Positions 54,887-64,000 of a stretch of DNA of 64,000 bases are shown piece by piece. Position numbers and translations under genes: made by a program. How positions within the stretch are numbered: position 1 is the stretch's first letter; every line of letters begins with the position of its first letter. The notes beneath the pieces were generated by a model. It was not told the DNA's origin and made no database searches. It worked only from the letters and a program-made list of their open reading frames with translations. This stretch comes from a virus. The stretch is from positions 32,001 through 96,000 of the IMG/VR virus record IMGVR_UViG_3300035150_000015. One strand, given 5' to 3'.

Positions 54887-56358
54887 CCGTGACCTCCCGT
54901 ACACCGTCCGGCCTCAACCGGTTGACTACAAGTCGGACAGATGCCCAGTTGACCGAAAGCCACCAGAACTTCCTCAACCTCATCCGAAGCATCAGCGTAA
55001 GAACTCTCCAAATCCCCCAGAGAGCTCTCTAAGCCCACTGCTTGCTCCAACAGGGCAAGATGCCTAAGCTTCTCTCCTAACCCCTCTATGGCCGGCAGAG
55101 GGGCTTCTACGGCCTTCCCACACTGAAGGTCCTGCTTGATTCGACGTACCTCCGAAACCCAAGACTCTAGCTGACGAAGTTTCTGGACGGAAGAGCCCAA
55201 ACTTTCCGGATGGCCGGGGAGTTCCAGAGCGTCAACCTCCCCCAAAACTTGAACTGCACTCTCCTTGATAGGGTAGCGCTGCTCCCAAGTTTGCAAACGA
55301 AGCAGTCCAGTGAGTGCTTTATTCAGGTTATCCGGGTGGTCAGGGAGTTCAAGGGACTCCAATTTCAAAAGAGGGCCTATCCCTTCTTCCAAACTCTTCA
55401 CCCGACTGTGGAAACCAACCAAGGACCTAAGTTCTCTAGACCTCTCTCTCATTCCCTCGGAGTCAGGAAGGTCTACCTGTTCTACTTGCGAAACCTTCTT
55501 GAGGGCCCCCATGAGATCAAAAGCTCTAGAGCAGAGAGAGTCTAAGAGAGCGTAGGTGCGAGAAAGGTTCTCGAAAGGCTCCCTATCAGGCAGATCGGGG
55601 CCGACGGCTCCTTCCAAAACCTTGATGCCGAGAACACGCTCCTGGACCCTTGTTATGAAACGATCCATCTCTGCAACACTGGACTTCTTGCTCTCCAAGG
55701 CCTCGTAAGACTCCCGAATCCTGGCCACTCGAGAAGCCATCGAGTCCAGGTCCTTGTAGGTCTCCAATGCACGAAGAAGGGACTGGGTGTCCTTCTCCCG
55801 GACTTTCCGGGTGGACACGGCCTCTTTCCGATCCTTGTTGACCAACGTCATAGCAAAGTTGATGTTGTCTAGGTTGGCCACATCACTCAGTACGTCAGCC
55901 ACCGCCGGCCCGGACTGATTCAGCAAGAAAATGGGGTTGAACTGACCCACAACCTGAACTAGCTCTGGAGAGTCTCCCACCTTAATTGACTCGAAGTCCG
56001 GGAGCAGGAAGTCTGGGGTCCCTCGAGAGACGCTATCATAAACCTCCTCCGGCCCCTCCCCCTTGCGAAACTTGTAGCGATTTACCGAGTCACCTTTCTC
56101 CCAAGTCAACCCCCACTGAGGACTCTCGAGGCGGACCGTGGTATGGCACTTGCACTTTTTGTGTCCCTTGACCTTCCGCTCGCACGTCGTACCGTGACGA
56201 ACAAAGTCAGTACCGGCAGCGCCGGTCAGGGCACATCGAATTGCCCTGACTATGGCGCTCTTGCCGATGTTGCTTCGACCCTCGATTCCAGTGAACCCGT
56301 CAACCTTCAGCTTGATTTTACGGATAGACTGGAAATTCTGGATCTCAATCTCAATCAC
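54883..56358 (-). CDS. SbcC/Rad50-like ATPase, N-terminal half ending at the Zn hook
   Basis: I.NFQS, G.SN.GKS Walker A, Q-loop region, coil with ~40-aa LPD repeats, terminal CPTC; no Walker B. Confidence 0.85.
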   Translation of the reverse strand: MIEIEIQNFQSIRKIKLKVDGFTGIEGRSNIGKSAIVRAIRCALTGAAGTDFVRHGTTCERKVKGHKKCKCHTTVRLESPQWGLTWEKGDSVNRYKFRKGEGPEEVYDSVSRGTPDFLLPDFESIKVGDSPELVQVVGQFNPIFLLNQSGPAVADVLSDVANLDNINFAMTLVNKDRKEAVSTRKVREKDTQSLLRALETYKDLDSMASRVARIRESYEALESKKSSVAEMDRFITRVQERVLGIKVLEGAVGPDLPDREPFENLSRTYALLDSLCSRAFDLMGALKKVSQVEQVDLPDSEGMRERSRELRSLVGFHSRVKSLEEGIGPLLKLESLELPDHPDNLNKALTGLLRLQTWEQRYPIKESAVQVLGEVDALELPGHPESLGSSVQKLRQLESWVSEVRRIKQDLQCGKAVEAPLPAIEGLGEKLRHLALLEQAVGLESSLGDLESSYADASDEVEEVLVAFGQLGICPTCSQPVEAGRCTGGHG

Positions 56359-57656
56359 CCTTTATCTTCCTCATCGTCGCTGCTGTCGTCATCTATGTCT
56401 TCGAGCTCGACCTCTTCCACAGAGTCTTCCTCGAGATCCGACATGTCAACATCCTGGACGATTTCAACACCCTCATCAGAAAGTTCCTCATCCTGGATAT
56501 CTTCATCCCCAGCTCTCACAGCCGTCAGAACCTTGTCCCTCAATCCAGAGAAAACCTTGTTATTGTTCATGAGATACTCACGGAACTTCTCCCGACCCCG
56601 GAAAGCCTGGTCCAAGTACTTGTATTGAGCACCGCTCTTAGAAGCAATCTTGTGGCTGATAGCCGCCTCGATGAGGGAGTAGTAGTCGTCGATCCCGTAG
56701 TTGAACCGGATAAAGATATCCGTCGTGAATCCCTGCTTACCATCAACCTTGCTTTTCACCAATTTGACCTGAGTGTGGTTACCGTAGGGGTAGGTACGAG
56801 ACTTTCCGGTCAAGGGATCCTTCTTCTTCACTGATTCGGCCTTGATCTTAGTGAACTTCAGCCTGACATAGGTATAAAATTTCAAGGCCTTTCCACCCGG
56901 AGTGTTGTCCGAGCCTCCTCTTCCTCCACCCCACCCAGTAGAAATGGTGCTCCGAATCTGATTCAACAACAGAATGGCGGTTCCCTGAGGATTGGTCGAG
57001 AACAACGTTAACTTTCCAGTCTTCTCGTCACGGTGCCCCTTGCCCTCAGCCAGCCACGCATTCAACTTGGGAAGGGTCTGGGAAAACTTCTGAGCTACAG
57101 CTCCGATCCTAGCATTGTCGTCGAGGTTTCGTTCCTGGAACTCAGATTTGGGGACCATGGCAGCCACTGAGTCCACCACGATGAGGTCCAGTCCAGTAAC
57201 CAGACCGATCTTGATCAGCTTAAAGCCGTCCTCCAAGGTCGTAGGAGCGAAAATGGCCAACTTATCTTCGTCGAAGGAAACCCCCACTTTTCGTGCGTAT
57301 ACCTGGTCAAGAGCATGCTCGTAGTCCAGGAACATGGCACGTCCGCCGGCTTTTTGGCACTCAGCAATAGCTTGCAGGGCCGCCGTGGTCTTACCAGAAG
57401 ACTCAGCTCCAAAGATTTCAGTGATTTGGCGCCGAGGGTATCCCGCACAACGGGGTCCAGAGCCGTCCGGGGTAATGGACCCTCCAATCAAATCGTCGAT
57501 GCAAGTGCTCCCACTTGGGGCACAAGGGAGCGACGAATTCTTAATCCCCATCGCCTCTTCACCAGTCCACTTTTTGGCCAGGGATCGAAGCATCGCCATA
57601 GCCTTGGTGGCATCGGAATTCGTAGCAACTTCCTTAGTTTTTCGTCTAACAGCCAT
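56355..57656 (-). CDS. recA: RecA recombinase
   Basis: EIFGAESSGKTT, LDYEHALD, IVVDSVAA, NQIR, TPGGKALKFY; acidic tail. Confidence 0.95.
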   Translation of the reverse strand: MAVRRKTKEVATNSDATKAMAMLRSLAKKWTGEEAMGIKNSSLPCAPSGSTCIDDLIGGSITPDGSGPRCAGYPRRQITEIFGAESSGKTTAALQAIAECQKAGGRAMFLDYEHALDQVYARKVGVSFDEDKLAIFAPTTLEDGFKLIKIGLVTGLDLIVVDSVAAMVPKSEFQERNLDDNARIGAVAQKFSQTLPKLNAWLAEGKGHRDEKTGKLTLFSTNPQGTAILLLNQIRSTISTGWGGGRGGSDNTPGGKALKFYTYVRLKFTKIKAESVKKKDPLTGKSRTYPYGNHTQVKLVKSKVDGKQGFTTDIFIRFNYGIDDYYSLIEAAISHKIASKSGAQYKYLDQAFRGREKFREYLMNNNKVFSGLRDKVLTAVRAGDEDIQDEELSDEGVEIVQDVDMSDLEEDSVEEVELEDIDDDSSDDEEDKG

Positions 57657-57675
57657 ATTATCCTCAGGTTGTTTT

Positions 57676-58356
57676 CTAGGGCCTTGCGAACTCTACGGCG
57701 CAAGACACGTCTGCAGCACCCAATTGAGAGAACTGGTAGAACCTGTCCCCTTCCTTGAATACCAAGCCTTTCTTGACCGTTTTCCCAGCCTTAGCTCCCT
57801 TGGTGAACGTGTGAACGCTAAGGAACACCTGAAGCTCGGCGGGAAAGAGGTCTTCTTCCTTCAGCTCCCCTCGATGGAACTGCCAGAAACCAGCGGCCGT
57901 TCTAGCGATGATGTAGGCATCAGCCTCATTGTGATTCCACCGCTTGATTCCAGTATCGGCTCTTGCCGCATCCTGCATATCGGATTTGTCCATTCGGCCT
58001 TTCCGGACCGAGGGATCCATCTTTGCCATCAACTTGACCCTCTTAGGATCTAGATACACCACATCCTTCCTACGAATGAAGATGGCCTCATTCACATACA
58101 GAAAAAGGCCATATAGGCCCTCTGACCAGAGCTCCCCGAATGGCGGGGACTCTACCCCTATAGCTTCAATTTCAGGGTAAGAGTCCAACACAGCTCCCAA
58201 GGATTCTCGGAGATACATGTTCCGCCAAACGAAGATAGCCTTAGATTCCGTAGAAAAGACCCCCCTGGCAATGACCCGCTCCTTTCCTACAACGGAGGAG
58301 TTGATGATACACCACCCAAAGCCCGTCAGAGACGGGTCAATGCCTAGGGTAATCAC
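57676..58356 (-). CDS. RuvC-like Holliday junction resolvase
   Basis: LGIDPSLTGFG, IGVE, K..M, HNEADA. Confidence 0.8.
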   Translation of the reverse strand: MITLGIDPSLTGFGWCIINSSVVGKERVIARGVFSTESKAIFVWRNMYLRESLGAVLDSYPEIEAIGVESPPFGELWSEGLYGLFLYVNEAIFIRRKDVVYLDPKRVKLMAKMDPSVRKGRMDKSDMQDAARADTGIKRWNHNEADAYIIARTAAGFWQFHRGELKEEDLFPAELQVFLSVHTFTKGAKAGKTVKKGLVFKEGDRFYQFSQLGAADVSCAVEFARP

Positions 58357-58371
58357 GACTATGCTGCCGTG

Positions 58372-59232
58372 TTATACGCCGTCCAGGATTCCGTCGAAGT
58401 CGTCCGCTCCAACATCCTCACCGGCATCACCACCCAGACCAAGCTGGATCTTGAGGTCAGCCGTGGACATCTCACGGAAGGGGACGAGCTTTTCGTACAA
58501 AGCATGCGCCTGACTCAAAACGTGGCTCTGGAAATCCTTGTTTAACCTCCAGATCGCCTTGCCAGCACCGTGGATATCGAAATTCTGGTAATCAGTGTTG
58601 GTGCAAGTCAAGGCCAGGTCCTGGTTAGAGATGGACAGATCATTCTCACGGAGGGAATTGGCCACCTCGTGAAGAGTCTCGTACAATCTGTTCGAGAATC
58701 TCCAGGGGATGACTGTGCTGTTGGTGGTCAACTGTTCCTTGATTACCGACCCGCTGTTGTTAGTCGGGTAGACCACCAAGACCGTCGTGAAGTAGACCTT
58801 AAGGGGGCCCATCATCTTCCAAACAGCATCCGCATCAGCACCATCCTTACCAAGACGAGACAAGACGTAACCAACGCCCTGCTTGTAGTGAGCAAGAATC
58901 TTCTTGAACCGAACGTTGTTCAGATCGAGCTTCTCGTGATCCTGAAGCTCGTCAACCGACTTACCAAGCTCCCCGGCTCTCTTAGAGAAAACCGTTTTCA
59001 CTGCTTCCAGGACCTTCTCTTTACTGACTTCCGGGTCCTTCTTCTTCATGGCCTTAGCAATAGAGATGGCCACAGGGTTAAAATAAACCAGACCTACCCG
59101 GTACTTCTTCCCCTTTTCTCCCTTGAACCACGGAATACGATTTGAGGTGACGTGCTTGCGGTCCTCTTCGTCCAGACCTACGTCCTCGTCCTCATACTCA
59201 TCCAACCCCTCGAACAGATCATCATCAGACAT
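58372..59232 (-). CDS. single-stranded DNA-binding protein (T4 gp32-like)
   Basis: ATG at 59232 with AGGAG SD; WFK....YRV, HY...G, DL.L and acidic C-terminus DDFDGILDGV; in the recombination cluster. Confidence 0.6.
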   Translation of the reverse strand: MSDDDLFEGLDEYEDEDVGLDEEDRKHVTSNRIPWFKGEKGKKYRVGLVYFNPVAISIAKAMKKKDPEVSKEKVLEAVKTVFSKRAGELGKSVDELQDHEKLDLNNVRFKKILAHYKQGVGYVLSRLGKDGADADAVWKMMGPLKVYFTTVLVVYPTNNSGSVIKEQLTTNSTVIPWRFSNRLYETLHEVANSLRENDLSISNQDLALTCTNTDYQNFDIHGAGKAIWRLNKDFQSHVLSQAHALYEKLVPFREMSTADLKIQLGLGGDAGEDVGADDFDGILDGV

Positions 59233-59348
59233 TGATTTTTCTCCTAGCTGTGGGTCCGTTAAACTCGACAAAGTTTAGTTACAGGGGTCGAGCCCAAACG
59301 AAACAATTCAGTCCTACACATATACACCCTGTAAGCCAATGGAGTCAA

Positions 59349-60287
59349 TCAAATTGACTCAAGAAAGTCAGAAAATTCGTCTTCCTCCAGAAATCCCTCC
59401 ACATCAGGGTCCTCTTTAGGAACTGACCTGGCAGACTGCTTTTTCTCAGGAGCCGGGTCAGGAATAGCCTCGGCGGTATCATCGGAGACACCCATGCTAA
59501 GGAATGAATCGAAGTCATCGTTATCTTCCCCCAGAGATACATCATCTGACTCTGGGACAATAGGCTGCTTCGGAGCAACGGTTTTAGCTTGAGGGGCGGG
59601 GGCCTCAGGCTCTGGGGCCGGTTTAGCCTCGGGGTCGGATTCCTTCTCAGGCTCTGACCCACCTTCCCCGGACCCGTTAAGGCCAGCCATCTGCTGGGCC
59701 AAGTCCTTATCCAAGTCATCATCATCCCCATCAGAGACGATGTCAGGAGAAGGGGTGGGCGGCGAGTGCTTCTTCCTGCCCCACTTGGAGCCCCTAGAGG
59801 AATCACTCTCATCCCCATAGATAGACCCGTTCCCAAGCTCCATGAGGATCAAGCTACGTTGAACCCGGATGGCACTCATGGTGGCGTCCAATTCTTTGTG
59901 ACGGAACCGAAGGGCCTTCTCAACCAGAGAGACAGCCTTCAGACTCCCCGCCAGACTAGCAATTTCCTTCCTTTCCTCCCTCAAAATGATATTGATCATC
60001 GACCTGCGGTCGTCAATAGAAGGTAGGTTGACTACTCTTGTATCCTCCACCAAAAGCTCGTCAGACCGGGCCTGGAAAACCATCTCCAGGGCTTCCTTGG
60101 TCATCTCAAGCCGATGCCTCTCCCGGTGAGCTTCCTGAATGTAGACACCAACCTCATTCAGGTAGCCACGAGTAAGGGAAATTAGCTCTTGCATGTACAG
60201 AGGACCCCTGGTTACCGGGTCAGGGTCAAGCTTCACGGACATATTGTCCAGAGCGTTATAGATCTCTTCAATTCGTTCAGGAGTCAT
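59349..60287 (-). CDS. coiled-coil protein with an acidic disordered tail (possible recombination mediator)
   Basis: helical N-terminal half; D/E/P-rich C-terminal half ending DEFSDFLESI. Confidence 0.5.
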   Translation of the reverse strand: MTPERIEEIYNALDNMSVKLDPDPVTRGPLYMQELISLTRGYLNEVGVYIQEAHRERHRLEMTKEALEMVFQARSDELLVEDTRVVNLPSIDDRRSMINIILREERKEIASLAGSLKAVSLVEKALRFRHKELDATMSAIRVQRSLILMELGNGSIYGDESDSSRGSKWGRKKHSPPTPSPDIVSDGDDDDLDKDLAQQMAGLNGSGEGGSEPEKESDPEAKPAPEPEAPAPQAKTVAPKQPIVPESDDVSLGEDNDDFDSFLSMGVSDDTAEAIPDPAPEKKQSARSVPKEDPDVEGFLEEDEFSDFLESI

Positions 60288-60296
60288 ACCCTTGCC

Positions 60297-62522
60297 TCAT
60301 ACACCGGAACGAACAAAATTCGATATAGCTTCTGCAAGAGCCGTCCCTCTCCTGACCACTTTGTTGTTCAAGATAGCTCTCTGAACGGCTGCTTCCTCCC
60401 CAATCAACCAGACACACTTCCGAGCTCGGGTGACCGCCGTATACAAAAGGTTCCTCTGCAGCATCCTTCCCTGAGACCTCAGAATTGGGAAGATAATAGT
60501 ATCGAACTCTGACCCCTGACTCTTGTGTACAGTGATGGCATAAGCCAGGCGGAGCTTCTCTACAGCCACATCAGAGGGGAAAAACACTTCCACGTCCAAC
60601 TGGTTACCCACTCCATGAATTCTCACTGTGAGACCGCTGTGGTGAATGCGAATCAGTTTCCCCACATCCCCATTGTAGACCCCTAACTGGTAGTCATTCT
60701 TGGTGACCATGAGGCGATCCCCGACCCTAAAGTGCAACCCACCTTTGTGCCATTCCTGAGGGCCTTCTGGGTTCAAAGCTTCCCTCAAGAGGTCATTGAG
60801 GCTGGTAACCCCCACAGTCCCATCGTACTTCGCCGAGAGTACTTGGAAGTTGGCGTCCCTAGCCTTAAGTCTGGCGGCCATCTGGACCACCAAACTTGCT
60901 ATCTCCTCTTCATCGCTCATTCTCACGAACTTGAACTCAGGGTCGTCCTTGTAGGAGCCTAAACTCAACATCTCCCCCTTGTTGATCTCGTGAGAATGCC
61001 GAACAATAGAGCTCCTCTCCCCCTGACGAAAAATCTGAGTTAGACGGACATTGGGCACGCTTGGGCACGCCACCAGTTCTCTCAACACGTTCCCGGGGCC
61101 CACTGAGGGAAGCTGGGCATCATCCCCCACGAAAACGAGAGTGGAGTCCGGACCCAACGAGCTCAGTAGACGGTAGAAGAGCTCCTGGTCCACCATGGAG
61201 AGTTCATCCGCGATAACAGCCTCAACAAACAACGGATTGTTCTCGTTGTGTCCCCAAGAGATGCCGTCGTACTTCAAGGCCCTGTGAACGGTATACGCCG
61301 CATGGCCGGCCACTGACGCTAGCCTCTTCGCAGCGATACCCGTCGGAGCCAACAACTGGAACGAGACGTTGGCATCCTCAAAGAACCTGACCAGAGCTCG
61401 AACCGTCGTAGTCTTTCCTGTCCCGGGCAACCCTGTGAGAACAACCACCCGGTGGTTCCCGAGTTCCTTCACCACCTGTCTCTGAGCCTCGGACAGCTGA
61501 ATCTGATTGACCCGTTCATACTCTTCGAGAAAGTGCTCCGTGTCTAGAGAGATGTCTGACGGCTTCAGAAGATTAGCCAGCATTCGGGCGGACTTTCGCT
61601 CAAAGTCATAATAGTCAGGTAGGTAGACTCCGGCCTCCGGATCTACTTTCAGTATTCCGGCTTCCTCCAAACTCTGAACAGCTTTCAAAAAAGCCTCCCT
61701 ATGCCCCTCCTCCGGGAAGGGAAGGAGAGCCTCTCGCTTGGACAAGTGCGCCACAACACCCGGAATACTCGACTTAGGAAGACACAAGTGCCCCCCCTGC
61801 TTAGCCGCATCCTGAAGAGACCAAAGGACAGCCCCCTCGTACCTCCGGGGGTCCCCCTCAAGAATATTCAGTTTCCTGGCCAACCGGTCAACCTTTGAGA
61901 AGTTGAAGCCTAGAATGGACATCAGTCGGTAAGGGTTCTCTTTAACCAGGGTACCGGCCTCTGAGCCAAAACGATACAACACTGCTTGGATCTCAGTACC
62001 ACTCAAACCACCCAAGCGCAGAAGGGAAGATATGTCCCTTTTGCGGAAAGCCATCTCCCAGCCCAAGACCGCCGTTTGGAGCTCTTCTTGAGAGAAGCCT
62101 TCCAGAGGGTCATCCAAACAGTGATCTAGACTATCAGGGCTATTCTGGAAGGCTGAGAGGCCATATTTGGAAACCACCCCCCCCACCAAACGACGGTCGG
62201 AGAAACCTTCGATACAGGAATAAAGGAAGTCCCCCAAAGCACGCTGATTTGGAAACCATGGCTCCCAGAGGTGTGCCAGAAACTGCAAGCCATACTTTGG
62301 GTGCCTAGTCCACTTCCCGAGAAGGCGCAAAGGCACCCCGAACTGTACCTGGAGAAGTCCGTACAGTGACCCCCTGACCGTAGGATTTCTCCGGATGGTG
62401 GCCATCTCCACAGGAGCAGAGTTCACCAAATTCATGGTGAACACACTGAAGTCGTCTCGGGAGAAAACCACCCGATCCACATACCCTTCAATCCAATCAA
62501 CCATCGGCCCCAACCATAGCAA
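60297..62522 (-). CDS. recD2: RecD2/TraA-family SF1B helicase
   Basis: NPY.L..I.G..F..VD, GLPGTGKTT, LAPTG.AA, DE.SMVD, GD..QLPSVG.G, AYA.TVHKSQGSE, LLYTAVTRA. Confidence 0.92.
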   Translation of the reverse strand: MLWLGPMVDWIEGYVDRVVFSRDDFSVFTMNLVNSAPVEMATIRRNPTVRGSLYGLLQVQFGVPLRLLGKWTRHPKYGLQFLAHLWEPWFPNQRALGDFLYSCIEGFSDRRLVGGVVSKYGLSAFQNSPDSLDHCLDDPLEGFSQEELQTAVLGWEMAFRKRDISSLLRLGGLSGTEIQAVLYRFGSEAGTLVKENPYRLMSILGFNFSKVDRLARKLNILEGDPRRYEGAVLWSLQDAAKQGGHLCLPKSSIPGVVAHLSKREALLPFPEEGHREAFLKAVQSLEEAGILKVDPEAGVYLPDYYDFERKSARMLANLLKPSDISLDTEHFLEEYERVNQIQLSEAQRQVVKELGNHRVVVLTGLPGTGKTTTVRALVRFFEDANVSFQLLAPTGIAAKRLASVAGHAAYTVHRALKYDGISWGHNENNPLFVEAVIADELSMVDQELFYRLLSSLGPDSTLVFVGDDAQLPSVGPGNVLRELVACPSVPNVRLTQIFRQGERSSIVRHSHEINKGEMLSLGSYKDDPEFKFVRMSDEEEIASLVVQMAARLKARDANFQVLSAKYDGTVGVTSLNDLLREALNPEGPQEWHKGGLHFRVGDRLMVTKNDYQLGVYNGDVGKLIRIHHSGLTVRIHGVGNQLDVEVFFPSDVAVEKLRLAYAITVHKSQGSEFDTIIFPILRSQGRMLQRNLLYTAVTRARKCVWLIGEEAAVQRAILNNKVVRRGTALAEAISNFVRSGV

Positions 62523-64000
62523 TAAAGTCCCCCTCAGAAAGGAGCCTGGTGCCGTTCTTGCGAGCAGCCCTGGCCTTAGCGGTAGTCGAATTAGGGTCTG
62601 CCATCACCAAATAAGTAAGATCTCTGGTAACCGACTTCTTGACGGAAGCCCCGGCCTCCTTAGCTAGCTTCTCCAACTCTGGACGCTTCCTAGTGAACTT
62701 TCCTGTGAAACAGATGCTGCTTCCGGACAAAGAGCCTACCGGCCGAGCTTTGATTTTAAGACCAGTCTCCTGAAGATCCTGCAACAACTCACGATTCCTC
62801 TCGATCCAACTGAACAGAGACTGGGCTCTTCGAGGGCCCATGCCAGCAATACCCTGCAGTCGATCCGACGAAGCTCCCTGAATCTTCTCTAGGGTATCGA
62901 ATCCGGCGTCCACCACTAGCTGTATAGTAGCCGTAGCGCACAAGGGGATCCCAAGGGCCCCCAGGAAAGACTCAAGGGGGAGCGGGTTAACACCCCATAA
63001 GGTCCTCAAGACATTGTTGGCCGAAGTTTCCCCCATACGGTCTAAAGAGGCCAGCTGGTCTTTGGTAAGTCGGTAGAGGTCTGGGACTGACCCCACAAGG
63101 CCCTCGTCCACCAGTTTCTGGATAAGGGCCTCTCCCCACTCAAGGATCCCCAACTCTCTGACCCATTGTAGCAAGCGCCCCACAGTCTGTGCTGGGCACT
63201 CACTGGTATTGGGGCACGTCAGGTACTCTCCGATGCGTACCGTCTCAGCGCCACACCTAGGACACTGTGCTGGGGGCTGCGACACGGTTCCAGTCGACCC
63301 CGTGACTGACACTACCCTAGGAATGACATCGTTGGCGCGGCTGACCAGGATTTTGGCTCCAACATCAAAGCCGATGTTCTCGATATAGGTCTGATTGTAG
63401 AGGCTAGCTCGGGACACCTCAGCCCCAAGAAGCCGAACCGGCCTGAAGACCGCCACTGGAGTAATGCGGCCAGTGCCGCCCACCTGGTCCTCTCGACCGA
63501 CAGCTACAGTTTCTCGGCTGACAGGAGCAAATTTAAAGGCCACTGCCCCACAGGGACGACCATTCCTGTCCCCCAGACTCCACTGGTAGGCCAGGTCATT
63601 AAGCCGAACAACCAGTCCATCGATATCATAGGGGAGCTGCTCTCGAATAGTCTGTTGGTACTCAACCCACAAGTCATGGGGAGTTCGGATCCCAGGAGCC
63701 AGAGCAGAGGGGTACCACCGAGGAACATTTAGATGCATCTGCTCTAAGAATTTGAACTGTTCCACCTCGGTCTTAAACTCAGGTCCCTCAAGAGCCTGGT
63801 ATACAATTACCGTCAGATGTTCACACCCCTTCCCGTCCAAACGCTTGGCCGTTCCGCTAGCAGTGTTTCGGGGGTTGGCCTTGTCAGGAAAGTATTTCTT
63901 GTGGTCATCTTTGAAGAGCACGATCTCTCCCCGAAAGATGACTGAGATTGGCTCAGGAAGAGATTTAGCAACCCCCTTCATGCGAACCACATTCTGAGTT
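62497..64000 (-). CDS. ligA: NAD-dependent DNA ligase (5' end outside the window)
   Basis: RGE, NPRN.A.G, DGLV, AFKF, QVG.TG.ITPVA, CP.C...C.N...C Zn finger, HhH repeats, BRCT FTG. Confidence 0.95.
   Translation of the reverse strand, partial: TQNVVRMKGVAKSLPEPISVIFRGEIVLFKDDHKKYFPDKANPRNTASGTAKRLDGKGCEHLTVIVYQALEGPEFKTEVEQFKFLEQMHLNVPRWYPSALAPGIRTPHDLWVEYQQTIREQLPYDIDGLVVRLNDLAYQWSLGDRNGRPCGAVAFKFAPVSRETVAVGREDQVGGTGRITPVAVFRPVRLLGAEVSRASLYNQTYIENIGFDVGAKILVSRANDVIPRVVSVTGSTGTVSQPPAQCPRCGAETVRIGEYLTCPNTSECPAQTVGRLLQWVRELGILEWGEALIQKLVDEGLVGSVPDLYRLTKDQLASLDRMGETSANNVLRTLWGVNPLPLESFLGALGIPLCATATIQLVVDAGFDTLEKIQGASSDRLQGIAGMGPRRAQSLFSWIERNRELLQDLQETGLKIKARPVGSLSGSSICFTGKFTRKRPELEKLAKEAGASVKKSVTRDLTYLVMADPNSTTAKARAARKNGTRLLSEGDFIAMVGADG

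Noticed and set aside
1-64000. tRNA, rRNA, integrase or IS elements
   Set aside because: None recognised by eye and intergenic gaps are mostly too short; tRNAscan-SE or Infernal would be needed to exclude small RNAs

Overview
64 kb of a large tailed-phage (Caudoviricetes) genome. About 65 genes are densely packed on the minus strand, and the + strand ORFs look like shadow frames. In transcription order (right to left): (1) A replication/recombination cluster: NAD-dependent ligase (cut by the window edge), RecD2-like helicase, gp32-like SSB, RuvC-like resolvase, RecA, an SbcCD/Mre11-Rad50 whose Rad50 is split into separate genes, a PD-(D/E)XK nuclease, a beta-clamp-like protein, a TOPRIM primase and DnaX. 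(2) A transcription-control junction: a NusG-5'-3' exonuclease fusion and a tandem sigma-region-4 protein. (3) A head morphogenesis module: terminase with intein, portal, prohead protease with intein, scaffold, decoration protein, major capsid protein and many modular head proteins, flanked by a triple-HNH gene and a LAGLIDADG-methyltransferase fusion. (4) An accessory virion region: Ig-like repeat proteins, a head-spike-base-like gene followed by an LRR gene, and a patch of frameshifted or truncated genes including a patatin. The strongest novelty candidates are the NusG-flap-endonuclease fusion with a terminator/antiterminator leader on its operon, a recurring 'VxxR(Y/F)...[KR]xA' motif system in head proteins, a divergent capsid-protein paralog among the replication genes, and the LAGLIDADG-MTase fusion. 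All family assignments come from motifs recognised by eye; no searches were run and the host cannot be determined.
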